NCBI GenBank assembly: GCA_964557165.1
Contig: CAZKZE010000005.1
Coordinates: 2,344 to 66,343, forward strand
DNA length: 64,000 nucleotides
From: an uncultured Woeseiaceae bacterium
GTDB taxonomy: Bacteria; Pseudomonadota; Gammaproteobacteria; Steroidobacterales; Woeseiaceae
Direction of reading: 5' to 3'
Below are positions 28,276 to 36,951 of this stretch, piece by piece. The notes beneath the pieces were generated by a model. That model had not been told where the DNA came from. It was given only the letters and a program-made list of their open reading frames with translations, and did no database searches. How positions within the stretch are numbered: position 1 is the stretch's first letter; each line of letters opens with the position of its first letter. A program made the position numbers and the translations under genes.

Positions 28276-28292
28276 GTTGAGCGGCGGACATT

Positions 28293-28334
28293 GTCGCCGA
28301 TCGCCTGCTGCAATTGGGATACCTGCTCCCCTAG
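28293..28334 (+). pseudogene. orphan second copy of the maf 3' end (encodes VADRLLQLGYLLP plus stop)
   Basis: 34/42 nt identical to 26281-26322. All 8 differences are synonymous in the maf frame, and the stop codon TAG is the same. Confidence 0.7.
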
Positions 28335-28337
28335 AAC

Positions 28338-28407
28338 GGTGCCAGTCACCTTATTTCCAGTCTAAGGTGACTGGCACCCTTAGACTGGAAATAAGGTGAC
28401 TGACACC
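28338..28407. repeat. nested palindromic repeat with three copies of the GGTGCCAGTCACC core (same family as 22714-22805)
   Basis: 29-bp arms 28338-28366 and 28379-28407 are complementary with one mismatch. The central core 28366-28378 is the exact complement of 28338-28350. The element fills the gap between the orphan maf stop and the rluC stop. Confidence 0.85.
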
Positions 28408-28409
28408 AA

Positions 28410-29396
28410 TTAACGCTGTTTCTTGCGGCGCTGCGCTTCGATCACGCCTGCCGTCAGGAATTCCTCGAGGTCATCGGCCAGCGGCGCCGTGAAGTGCAGT
28501 TCGTTACCACTATCGTCCGCAAAGGCGATGGACTGGGCGTGCAGGAACAGGCGTTTGAGACCGAGTCCTTTCGCCTGTTTGTTCGCTTCTTCATCGCCGT
28601 ACCGAGTGTCCCCAGCTATTGGATGCCCGGCATGTTGCAGGTGTACACGGATCTGGTGGGTACGCCCGGTCGCCGGGGCACATTGCAGCAGGCTGTAAAT
28701 CCCGTAGGTACGAGACAGGCTGATACGTGTCTGTGCCTCTTTGCCCTTGTCACTGACGATAACGTGCCGTTCACCACCTTTGCGGTTTTGCACCAGTAGC
28801 GGCACATCGATAAGTTGCTCGCCGTACTGCCAGTCCCCCACCGCCAGCGCCAGGTAATTCTTCTCGACCTGCCCGACCCGAAATCGCTCGTTCAACTCGC
28901 GGAGCGCGCTGCGCCGCTTGGCCATGACCAGGCAGCCTGACGTTTCCCGGTCGATGCGATGGACGAGGCCCAGATCCTTTAGATCCGGCCGCGCGAAGCG
29001 CAGAAGCTCGATCACGCCGTGGCTGATCCCGCTGCCACCGTGAACCGCGAGCCCCGTCGGCTTGTTGATCACCAGCAGCCGCTTGTCCTCGTAAATCACA
29101 CGATCGAGCATGGCCGTTGCCAGCTTCTCGGGCGGCGGCGGGCTGCCGACGCTCACTCGTGCCGGCGGTATACGCACCTCATCGCCTTCCTGGAGCTTGT
29201 ATTCGGCCCGGATGCGGCCGCCGTTAACTCGTACCTCGCCACGCCGCAGCAGGCGGTAGACCCGCCCTTTCGGAACCCCGGGCAACTCATTGCGCAGAAA
29301 ATTGTCGATTCGTTGACCCGCGCGCTCTGAATCGACCTGGACCTTGCGGACGCCCGTGGCGCGCAAGTTCGCGTCTTTGGGGGAGTTTTCTTGCAT
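28410..29396 (-). CDS. rluC: 23S rRNA pseudouridine synthase RluC
   Basis: ORF 28410-29552; the conserved protein starts at internal ATG 29396. S4 domain (AGQRIDNFLRNELPGVPKGRVYRLLRRGEVRVNG) and catalytic HRIDRETSGCLVMAK. Divergent from rne as in E. coli. Confidence 0.9.
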   Translation of the reverse strand: MQENSPKDANLRATGVRKVQVDSERAGQRIDNFLRNELPGVPKGRVYRLLRRGEVRVNGGRIRAEYKLQEGDEVRIPPARVSVGSPPPPEKLATAMLDRVIYEDKRLLVINKPTGLAVHGGSGISHGVIELLRFARPDLKDLGLVHRIDRETSGCLVMAKRRSALRELNERFRVGQVEKNYLALAVGDWQYGEQLIDVPLLVQNRKGGERHVIVSDKGKEAQTRISLSRTYGIYSLLQCAPATGRTHQIRVHLQHAGHPIAGDTRYGDEEANKQAKGLGLKRLFLHAQSIAFADDSGNELHFTAPLADDLEEFLTAGVIEAQRRKKQR

Positions 29397-29423
29397 GATC
29401 TTTGCTTTTGCGGCGAGGAGGTG

Positions 29424-29741
29424 TGCTATATTAGCGCCCAGAGGCGTTTGGGCATACCAGCCTATGCGCTCCATACGAATTATTTTTTGGTCCCGCAAGC
29501 CTGCGAGACCTGATTTCAGATGGCAGCAAGCCCGGAATCCGGCCTGCGCCAACGCGGCAAAGCCGCAGGGAAATCATGCTGATTGTATTTTTGGTACTGA
29601 CCAATCTGGGTCAGACCTACACAGAGATAACGAGCTTTATAGCCGACGCAATCCGGCGTCGCTCTCCTGTGCGTGACATCCCCTGCGCCCGCATGGCGCC
29701 CAGCCCCGTATTGCTGTCCTCTTACAAACAAGTAGGACAAC
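29424..29741 (+). promoter_or_regulatory. candidate rne promoter (extended -10 TGcTATATT at 29424-29432) and long structured 5' leader
   Basis: 345-bp non-coding gap upstream of rne. It has an extended -10 and several GC stem-loops (for example ggtcccgca/tgcgagacc near 29490-29511 and cgacgc/gcgtcg near 29643-29660). E. coli rne has a ~360-nt autoregulatory leader. Confidence 0.4.
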
Positions 29742-32510
29742 ATGAAAAGAATGCTAATCAATGCAACTCAGCAAGAAGAGTTGCGCATGGCGATGGTCGA
29801 CGGCCAAAAGTTGTACGACCTCAATATCGAAGCACCGGCTAGCGAACGCAAAAAAGCCAACATCTACAAAGGCAAGATTACGCGCATCGAGCCCAGCCTC
29901 GAAGCCGCGTTTGTCGATTACGGTGCCGAACGTCACGGCTTCCTGCCGCTGAAGGAAATCTCCAGCGAATACTTCGTCAAGGATGCCAAGGGCGGCGGCA
30001 AGCCCAATATCAAGGACGTGCTCAAGGAAGGCCAGGACATCGTTGTCCAGGTCGACAAGGAAGAGCGCGGTAACAAGGGCGCTGCCCTGACGACGTTTGT
30101 CAGCCTCGCAGGCCGCTTCATCGTTCTCAAGCCGAACAAGTCGCGCTCCGGCGGCGTCTCGCGACGCATTACCGGCGGAGACCGTGATGCCGCCAGAAAA
30201 TCGCTGAATGAAATCGTCGTCCCCGATGGTATGAGCGTCATTCTGCGAACGGCCGGTATCGACCGCAGTGCGGAAGAGCTTGCCTGGGATCTCGAGAACC
30301 TGCTGACCGTCTGGACGGCCATCCTGAATGTCGTTCTCGAACGGCCGTCACCGTTCCTGATCTACCGTGAAAGTGACTCGGTCGTGCGTGCTTTGCGCGA
30401 TTACCTCACCAACGAAATCGGTGAGATCCTGATCGATGACGAGCAGACCTATAAAGATGCTTGCGAGCACGTCGAAGCGACGATGCCGCACAACATCAAG
30501 AAACTGAAGCACTACGTCGACCCGGTACCCCTGTTTACGCGCTTCCAGATCGAGTCACAGATCGAGTCTGCATTCGCACACACGGTCCACCTCCCCTCGG
30601 GTGGCAGCATCGTCATTGATCACACCGAAGCGCTCGTGTCGATCGACATCAACTCGGCGCGCGCGACCAAGGGTGGCGACATCGAAGCCACTGCATTGAA
30701 CACCAACCTCGAGGCGGCGGACGAGGTCGCGCGCCAGTTGCGTGTCCGCGACCTTGGCGGCCTTATCGTCATCGACTTCATCGACATGGGACCTTCCAAG
30801 CATCAGCGCGATGTCGAGAATCGCCTGCGCGAGGCGGTCCGCCAGGATCGTGCCCGCGTGCAAATCGGCAAGATCAGCCGTTTCGGATTGCTCGAGATGT
30901 CTCGCCAGAGGCTGCGCCCGTCAATCGGCGAATCGGCCCACATGACCTGCCCGCGTTGCTCGGGCTTTGGCAATATTCGCAGCGTCGAGTCACTCGCGCT
31001 CGCTATCCTGCGAATCGTCGGCGAAGAAGCACGTAAGGAGCGCACGGCAAAAGTCATCGCGCAATTACCAGTTGAGGTATCGACCTACCTGCTGAACGAA
31101 AAACGCGACTGGGTACAGAGCCTCGAAGATAGCAACGACACGCAGATCGTGTTGATCGCCAACCCACAGCTCGAAACACCGCATTACGAAGTTCGCCGGG
31201 TTCGCGACGATCAAACCGACTTGCCCGAGAACACCGGCGTCAGCTACGCGCTCTCCGATGCAGCGGCCGAACCAGAGGCACCGCAGGCAATTCTCGAACG
31301 CAAAGCGATTGAAGCGCCGGTTGTGGGTACGTTGAAACCATCGAAGCCCGCTCCAAAACGTGAGAAGCCGAAGGGCAAAGGACTGATCGCATCGATCGTC
31401 TCGCTATTCGCTGGCGAAGAAGAGGATGACCAGCCGCAGAAGTCTCGTAAGAAAGGCGCTCAGCAGAGTCGCAGCCGCCGTTCACAGCAATCGAAACGCC
31501 GCGGCAGTGATCAGCGCGGAACACAGCGCAAGAAGACGCAAAAGAAGACCACCAAGAAAGCGCAGCCCAAGAAGTCGGCGAAAAAGACCTCGTCACGCCG
31601 CAAGCCAGCGCAGAAGGACGTGCAGAAGGACGCGCAGAAGAAGCCGCAGCAGTCTGCCGCCAGCGAGGCCAAAGACGAGTCGCAGAACGAGCCAAAACGC
31701 TCACCGCGGAGTCGGCGCAGCCGGGGTGGACGTCGTCGCCGTCGCGGCGCTGAAAAGCCCGAGCAGGCAGCAGATACGCAACAGCAGACAAGTTCGCCCG
31801 AGCAGGCCGATAAGGCGCCGCAGCAACCGCCGAAGGAATCGGCTGAAAAGAAATCCAGGCCACCTCGCGCACGGACTGACGCCGAGCGCGCGGAAGCTGC
31901 TGACAAGCCAGACGGTGCCGCGGAGAAAAAAGCGGCGAAGCCTGAACAGACGGAAAAGCCGGCAGATACACAGGCTGCCGAAGCCAAACCAAAACGTCCT
32001 CGGGCGAGGAAGCCGGCCGCGAAGAAGGCGGCGGCGGAGTCTTCAACATCTTCCACCGAGAAGCCCGCAGAGAAGCCCAAGGCGGACAAACCGAAGGCCG
32101 ACAAGCCCGAAGCCGACAAGCCCAAGGCTGCCAAACCGGAAGCTGATAAGCCCAAGACGGACAAACCCAAGGCAGAGAAGCCCAGAGAACAGAAGAAACC
32201 GGAATCCAGGCCGGCTGCGACCGGCGGTAATGGCGCAGAAGGCGCGGCGAAGCCGCGGCTCCTGCCATGGGAACCACAGTCATTGCCGGTAGCCGCGAAG
32301 CCTGCTGACAAGCCCGCCGCGGCATCAGACAACAAGCCCGAGAAGAAGAAACCGGAAGCGGCGAAACCGAAGCCTGAGCCGAAATCCGAGGCGCCGCCCT
32401 CGCCCAAGCCGGTTCAGGAAGCGCCCAAGCCTGAAGCTGCGCCCGCACCCAAACCGGCGCCGGAAATTACGAAGCCGGCAGAGAAGCCTGCCGACCCAAT
32501 TCAGGACTAG
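29742..32510 (+). CDS. rne: ribonuclease E
   Basis: 922 aa. MKRMLINATQQEELRMAMVDGQKLYDLNIE start, S1 domain, catalytic core (GGSIVIDHTEALVSIDINSARAT; LGGLIVIDFIDM), Zn-link CPRCSGFG. Long Lys/Pro/Ala/Glu-rich C-terminal scaffold. Confidence 0.95.
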   Translation: MKRMLINATQQEELRMAMVDGQKLYDLNIEAPASERKKANIYKGKITRIEPSLEAAFVDYGAERHGFLPLKEISSEYFVKDAKGGGKPNIKDVLKEGQDIVVQVDKEERGNKGAALTTFVSLAGRFIVLKPNKSRSGGVSRRITGGDRDAARKSLNEIVVPDGMSVILRTAGIDRSAEELAWDLENLLTVWTAILNVVLERPSPFLIYRESDSVVRALRDYLTNEIGEILIDDEQTYKDACEHVEATMPHNIKKLKHYVDPVPLFTRFQIESQIESAFAHTVHLPSGGSIVIDHTEALVSIDINSARATKGGDIEATALNTNLEAADEVARQLRVRDLGGLIVIDFIDMGPSKHQRDVENRLREAVRQDRARVQIGKISRFGLLEMSRQRLRPSIGESAHMTCPRCSGFGNIRSVESLALAILRIVGEEARKERTAKVIAQLPVEVSTYLLNEKRDWVQSLEDSNDTQIVLIANPQLETPHYEVRRVRDDQTDLPENTGVSYALSDAAAEPEAPQAILERKAIEAPVVGTLKPSKPAPKREKPKGKGLIASIVSLFAGEEEDDQPQKSRKKGAQQSRSRRSQQSKRRGSDQRGTQRKKTQKKTTKKAQPKKSAKKTSSRRKPAQKDVQKDAQKKPQQSAASEAKDESQNEPKRSPRSRRSRGGRRRRRGAEKPEQAADTQQQTSSPEQADKAPQQPPKESAEKKSRPPRARTDAERAEAADKPDGAAEKKAAKPEQTEKPADTQAAEAKPKRPRARKPAAKKAAAESSTSSTEKPAEKPKADKPKADKPEADKPKAAKPEADKPKTDKPKAEKPREQKKPESRPAATGGNGAEGAAKPRLLPWEPQSLPVAAKPADKPAAASDNKPEKKKPEAAKPKPEPKSEAPPSPKPVQEAPKPEAAPAPKPAPEITKPAEKPADPIQD
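32058..32183 (+). repeat. in-frame 15-nt (pentapeptide xDKPK/xEKPx) tandem repeats in the RNase E C-terminal region
   Basis: EKPAEKPKADKPKADKPEADKPKAAKPEADKPKTDKPKAEKP read from the translation; the nucleotide units are imperfect. Confidence 0.8.
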
Positions 32511-32519
32511 GTTCGGCTG

Positions 32520-32993
32520 TTACTTTTTGGAAAGCGTCTCGAGCAAACCTCGGGACGCTTCTTCTACCAGGTCGAGTACGCGCTCGAATCCTGCTGCGCC
32601 GCCGTAATACGGATCCGGCACTTCGCGCTCGTCACTGCTCGCAAACTCGAGGAACAGGCGTAGCTTGCCACGATGTTGCTCTGGCGACTCGTCGCGCAGG
32701 CGCGAGAGATTGTCTTCATCCATGGCGATGATGTAGTCGAAGCGTTCGAAGTCTTCACCCGACACGCGGCGCGCATAGATACCGTCGAGGTTCATACCAC
32801 GTCGTTCCGCGGCCTCACGGGCGCGGCGATCAGGTGGTTCGCCTGCGTGGTAGGCGTGTGTACCGGCTGAATCAATGTCGAGCCGTTCTATCGCACCGGC
32901 CTGCTCGGCGTGATAGCGAAACACGCCTTCTGCCGTTGGCGAACGGCAGATATTGCCCATGCAGACGAACAGCACGCTCGTAGTCTGTGTCAT
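32520..32993 (-). CDS. low-molecular-weight protein-tyrosine phosphatase
   Basis: 157 aa. VLFVCMGNICRSPTAEG P-loop and DPYYG motif. Confidence 0.88.
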   Translation of the reverse strand: MTQTTSVLFVCMGNICRSPTAEGVFRYHAEQAGAIERLDIDSAGTHAYHAGEPPDRRAREAAERRGMNLDGIYARRVSGEDFERFDYIIAMDEDNLSRLRDESPEQHRGKLRLFLEFASSDEREVPDPYYGGAAGFERVLDLVEEASRGLLETLSKK

Positions 32994-33736
32994 TTCCGCA
33001 ACTCCGCAGCGACACGCTGTAAATCTTCTTCAGTATCCACGCCCGGACCCGGACGCTCAGAGGCAACACCGACGGCAATCGTCATTCCGAGCGACAACGC
33101 CCGTAACTGTTCGAGTTGCTCGCATACTTCGAGTTCGGACGGCTCCGCCGCGACGAATTGTCGCAAGACACCGCAGCGATATGCGTAAACACCGTGGTGA
33201 TGCAATGCCGCACTCGCCGCGCGCTCGTCGCTACCGTCGTCCCGTGGATACGGTACCGTCGCCCGGCTGAAATAGATCGCGTGCGCATGCACATCCCGGA
33301 TTACTTTCACACAGTTGGGGTTGTTGAAGTGATCCTGTGCCAGGAACGGCGACGCTAATGTGGCTATGTCCGCGGTGGCGTCATCCAGCAACGCGGCACA
33401 TTCATCGATCAGTACTGCCGACATGGTCGGCTCATCGCCCTGCAGGTTTACGACAACCTGATCGTCCGGCCAGTTCATGAGGTCCGCAACTTCCGCGATT
33501 CGTTCAGTGCCGGACTGATGATGGTTGCCGGTCATGCAGACAGTTGCGCCAAACGCCTCAGCCGCCTCGGCGATGCGCTCATCATCCGTCGCAATGACAA
33601 CCTCAGTTGCAGCGCTCTCCTGACCGCGCTCATAGACATGCTGTAGCATCGGCTTGCCGTTGATATCGCGCAGCGCTTTTGCAGGCAACCGGGTCGACGC
33701 GTAGCGCGCGGGTATCACAACGACGAAATCCGTCAT
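32990..33736 (-). CDS. kdsB: 3-deoxy-manno-octulosonate cytidylyltransferase
   Basis: 248 aa. VVIPARYASTRLPAKALRDINGKPMLQHVYER and VVNLQGDEP motifs. Confidence 0.92.
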   Translation of the reverse strand: MTDFVVVIPARYASTRLPAKALRDINGKPMLQHVYERGQESAATEVVIATDDERIAEAAEAFGATVCMTGNHHQSGTERIAEVADLMNWPDDQVVVNLQGDEPTMSAVLIDECAALLDDATADIATLASPFLAQDHFNNPNCVKVIRDVHAHAIYFSRATVPYPRDDGSDERAASAALHHHGVYAYRCGVLRQFVAAEPSELEVCEQLEQLRALSLGMTIAVGVASERPGPGVDTEEDLQRVAAELRK

Positions 33737-34767
33737 TGCTGCCTCGCACGCAGACGCGATTCAATTTGCTCAAGCAACGGGGCCGCTTCGACCGGGTCCA
33801 TTATCAGCTCCACAGGCACATACCAGAATTTGTCGCTGCTACTGCGCCCGAGTTTAACGGCATCTTTCTCCGTCATGAAAACCTCGAAGTCGTCGCCGAA
33901 CTCGAGATCCCCGCGACTGACTGCAGCGTGATCGGGAAACTCGTGCTCGATCACCTGGATACCGTGCAGGCGCAGCAGATCGAAGAAGCGACGCGGATTG
34001 CCGATTGCGGCCACAGCGTGCACGGTCGTGCCCGCAAAACGCTCTATAGGTCTCGACAACGAACCGTTCAGGCGGCAAACCTCGGTGGCAGCCAGTTCAA
34101 ACGAAATCGCGTTCTGTTCAGCCGTTGTCAGTTCTTCGTCACGACGTTGCAGCACACCATTCACGAGAACCTGTTCGACATCATCGAGACGATGTTCACC
34201 CTCGCGTAACGGCCCCGCTGGCAGTAGTCGCCGGTTTCCAAGACCCCGAGCACCATCGATGACGCAGATCTCATAATCACGCGCCAATTGATAGTGCTGC
34301 AAACCATCATCGGCAACGACGACATCCACGCCGTCTTCGGCCAGCATAGCCGCCGCTCGCACGCGGTCGGGGTCGACGACGACCGGACACTGCCCGCGAC
34401 GAGCAAGTAGCACCGGCTCATCGCCTGCGACGGACGCATTGGTATCTGCTTCAACACGCATTGACGTATTGGCTTTGTCTCCGCCGTATCCGCGACTGAC
34501 TATGCCGGGCGTAAAACCACGCGTACGAAGTTGCTCCACGAGCCACAGAACGGTTGGCGTCTTGCCAGTACCACCCGCAGTGATATTGCCGACGACTACG
34601 ACGGGAATGTCAGCTTTAAGAGTCTTGAACACGCCGGTGTCGTAGAGGAATTTGCGCAGGCCGAGGACCAGCCAGTAGAGACCGCTCAATGGCAGCAGCA
34701 CCCAACCCGAGGGTGCATCCTCATACCAGACGCGATGAATCCAGTTATAGGTTGCGCTTGCGCTCAC
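33733..34767 (-). CDS. lpxK: tetraacyldisaccharide 4'-kinase
   Basis: 344 aa. VVVGNITAGGTGKTPTVLWLVEQL P-loop and SRGYGG. 4-nt overlaps with msbA and kdsB. Confidence 0.9.
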   Translation of the reverse strand: MSASATYNWIHRVWYEDAPSGWVLLPLSGLYWLVLGLRKFLYDTGVFKTLKADIPVVVVGNITAGGTGKTPTVLWLVEQLRTRGFTPGIVSRGYGGDKANTSMRVEADTNASVAGDEPVLLARRGQCPVVVDPDRVRAAAMLAEDGVDVVVADDGLQHYQLARDYEICVIDGARGLGNRRLLPAGPLREGEHRLDDVEQVLVNGVLQRRDEELTTAEQNAISFELAATEVCRLNGSLSRPIERFAGTTVHAVAAIGNPRRFFDLLRLHGIQVIEHEFPDHAAVSRGDLEFGDDFEVFMTEKDAVKLGRSSSDKFWYVPVELIMDPVEAAPLLEQIESRLRARQQ

Positions 34768-36536
34768 TCGTTTCGCGACTCGTCACTGAATTGCATGCGA
34801 TACAAGCCGGCATAATCGCCGTCCAGCGCCAGCAACTCGTTGTGCGTACCCGATTCGACGATACGGCCGTCGTCGAGCACAATAATCTTATCCGCTTTCT
34901 CGACAGTTGATAAGCGATGCGCAATGACCAGCGTCGTGCGGTCCTGCATCAGGGCCTGCAGTGCGTCCTGAATACGCCGCTCTGAATGCGTATCCAATGA
35001 AGATGTCGCCTCATCGAGAATTAGTATGGGCGCGTTCTTGAGCAATGCGCGCCCGATAGCGATGCGCTGCCGCTGGCCGCCAGACAACAGGACTCCGCGG
35101 TCTCCCACCATCGTATCCAGGCCGTCCGGCATATCCTCGGCAAAATCGAGTACGTGAGCTGCATCGGCGGCAGCAAGCAGTTCCGCTTCGGACTTGTCGC
35201 GCAATTGCCCATACGCGAGATTGTTTGCGATCGTGTCATTGAACAACACAACATCCTGCGACACGAGCGCAATATTGCCACGCAGGCTGGCCAGCGAGTA
35301 ATCACTGATTGGCGTGTCGTCGATCAGGATTTCTCCGGAACTGAGCTCGTAGAACCTCGGCAGCAGATTGGCAAGCGTCGTCTTGCCGCTACCGGAATGA
35401 CCGACGATGGCGAGCGTCTTCCCGGCAGCGACATCGACATTGACGCTGTCCAGCACCTTGCCCTTCTCGCCATCGTAGGCGAAACCGACGTCGCGGAAAC
35501 TTACGTCGCCGCGGACACGTTCGACGTCAACCGTACCTCTGTCTGCCTCGTCCTCTTCGTCCATGATCGCGAACAGGCTGTCGGCGCCGGCAACACCACG
35601 CTGCAGCGTTGCATTGACGTTCGTGATTCTGCGCACTGGTTGCAGCATCAGCATCATCGCCGAGAAGAACGCGATGAACTCACCGGCGCTCAGCCTGTCG
35701 TTGAGCGACTCTCTTGCCGCCATGTAAATAACAAGCGCGATACCGAGACCAAACACCAGCTGCGTGACCGCGACGCCCAGCGAACGCACGCGAATCATCT
35801 TGAGGTGCTGTTTGCGATTGCGTCCATCCGCATCCTCCAGGCGCTCCCGCTCGTAGTCGTGCCCAGCAAATGCTTTAACGACCCAGTTACCGCGGACGAC
35901 CTCTTCGGTCACCTGGGTGACTTCACCAACCGAGTCCTGGATGCGGCCGCTGTAACGTCGGAACGCGATGCCGAGAAGACGCACGAGCACGGCGACGATC
36001 GGAAACAGGATGGCAACAAATATCGTCAGCTTCGGGCTATACCAGATCATCACGCCAAAAGCGGCAATCACGGTCAGCACATCGCGAACCGCGATCGTGA
36101 CGACGCTGGTCACCGACTCTGCGACCATCTCGACGTTATACGTCATGCGCGACAGCAGCGGCCCGGAGGTCTGCGCATCGAAGAAACTGGCTGGCAATGT
36201 CAGGAACTTGTGAAAGAGCTGGCGGCGCAGATCACTGATGACCTGCCGGCCTATCCAGCCGAGCGATGCTTCGGTGGCAAAACCGGAAATACCGCGCAAG
36301 ATGAAGATCGTCATAAACGCGTACGGAATCCACTTGACCGTCTCGAGCTGTTTCGCAACCAGCGCTTCATCGGTCAGCGGGGCAAGCAATGCGACGAGGC
36401 CCGCTTCAACGGCCGCCGTCGACGCCATCCCGACTACAGCGATAGAGCCGATCAGCTTGTGTGGCGTGACATAGCGCCACAGTCGGCCATAAACAACTCG
36501 AACCTCAGGATCGATGCGCTTGCTCACGTCACTCAA
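34764..36536 (-). CDS. msbA: lipid A export ATP-binding/permease protein MsbA
   Basis: 590 aa with a six-TM ABC exporter domain. Walker [15 protein letters not shown], signature LSGGQRQRIAIGRALL, Walker B ILILDEATS. Confidence 0.92.
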   Translation of the reverse strand: MSDVSKRIDPEVRVVYGRLWRYVTPHKLIGSIAVVGMASTAAVEAGLVALLAPLTDEALVAKQLETVKWIPYAFMTIFILRGISGFATEASLGWIGRQVISDLRRQLFHKFLTLPASFFDAQTSGPLLSRMTYNVEMVAESVTSVVTIAVRDVLTVIAAFGVMIWYSPKLTIFVAILFPIVAVLVRLLGIAFRRYSGRIQDSVGEVTQVTEEVVRGNWVVKAFAGHDYERERLEDADGRNRKQHLKMIRVRSLGVAVTQLVFGLGIALVIYMAARESLNDRLSAGEFIAFFSAMMLMLQPVRRITNVNATLQRGVAGADSLFAIMDEEDEADRGTVDVERVRGDVSFRDVGFAYDGEKGKVLDSVNVDVAAGKTLAIVGHSGSGKTTLANLLPRFYELSSGEILIDDTPISDYSLASLRGNIALVSQDVVLFNDTIANNLAYGQLRDKSEAELLAAADAAHVLDFAEDMPDGLDTMVGDRGVLLSGGQRQRIAIGRALLKNAPILILDEATSSLDTHSERRIQDALQALMQDRTTLVIAHRLSTVEKADKIIVLDDGRIVESGTHNELLALDGDYAGLYRMQFSDESRNE

Positions 36537-36951
36537 CCGGGTCGTTTACCGTGGCGATACTGATCTGGGTGAAGCCGAGCCGGGCCGCCACGTCCATCGC
36601 TGTTACAACGTGCTGGTGCGTCGCGTTGGCGTCGGCACTGATCGTCAGCGGGAGGTTGTTGTTGTTCCCCGACGTTTTCTGTATCGCGTTGCGAATCGTC
36701 TCTGCGCGATTGTTGATGAGTTCACGGCCATTGACGAGGTACGTACCCGCTGCGGTGATCATGATGTCGATCTGTTCCGGAACTTCCTGAACGATCGCCG
36801 TACTTTCGGCCTCGGGAAGGCGAATCGTGATTTGAGACTGCTTGACGAAGCTCGTCGATACCATAAAGAACACAAGCAGCAGGAGGACAACGTCGATCAG
36901 AGACGTCAGGTTGACCTCCGGCTGTGCGCGCGCCCGCAGACTCAGCTTCAC
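36529..36951 (-). CDS. exbD: ExbD/TolR family biopolymer transport protein
   Basis: 140 aa. EVNLTSLIDVVLLLLVFFMVSTSF TM with the conserved Asp. Paired with exbB. Confidence 0.88.
   Translation of the reverse strand: MKLSLRARAQPEVNLTSLIDVVLLLLVFFMVSTSFVKQSQITIRLPEAESTAIVQEVPEQIDIMITAAGTYLVNGRELINNRAETIRNAIQKTSGNNNNLPLTISADANATHQHVVTAMDVAARLGFTQISIATVNDPVE

Noticed and set aside
26323-28292. Calling the maf-rluC insert a mobile element or genomic island with its own recombinase
   Set aside because: There is no integrase, transposase, excisionase or terminal inverted repeats in or next to the insert. Only the direct repeat of the maf terminus and a compositional hint support insertion, so it is reported as a finding rather than annotated as a mobile element.
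32058-32183. Possible CRISPR-like array because of regular 15-nt repeats
   Set aside because: The period is 15 nt with no spacers, the repeats are in frame within rne, and there are no cas genes. It is a coding tandem repeat.
31240-32448. Long ORFs in other frames and on the other strand within the rne 3' half (31240-32448 minus, 31426-32292 plus, 31511-32407 minus)
   Set aside because: They are generated by the repetitive Lys/Pro/Ala/Glu coding region, and their translations are Arg/Ser/Pro low complexity. The rne frame is continuous with the catalytic domain.
35154-36563. 469-aa plus-strand ORF
   Set aside because: It is antisense to msbA (Walker A, signature and Walker B all present on the minus strand). 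It is a shadow ORF.
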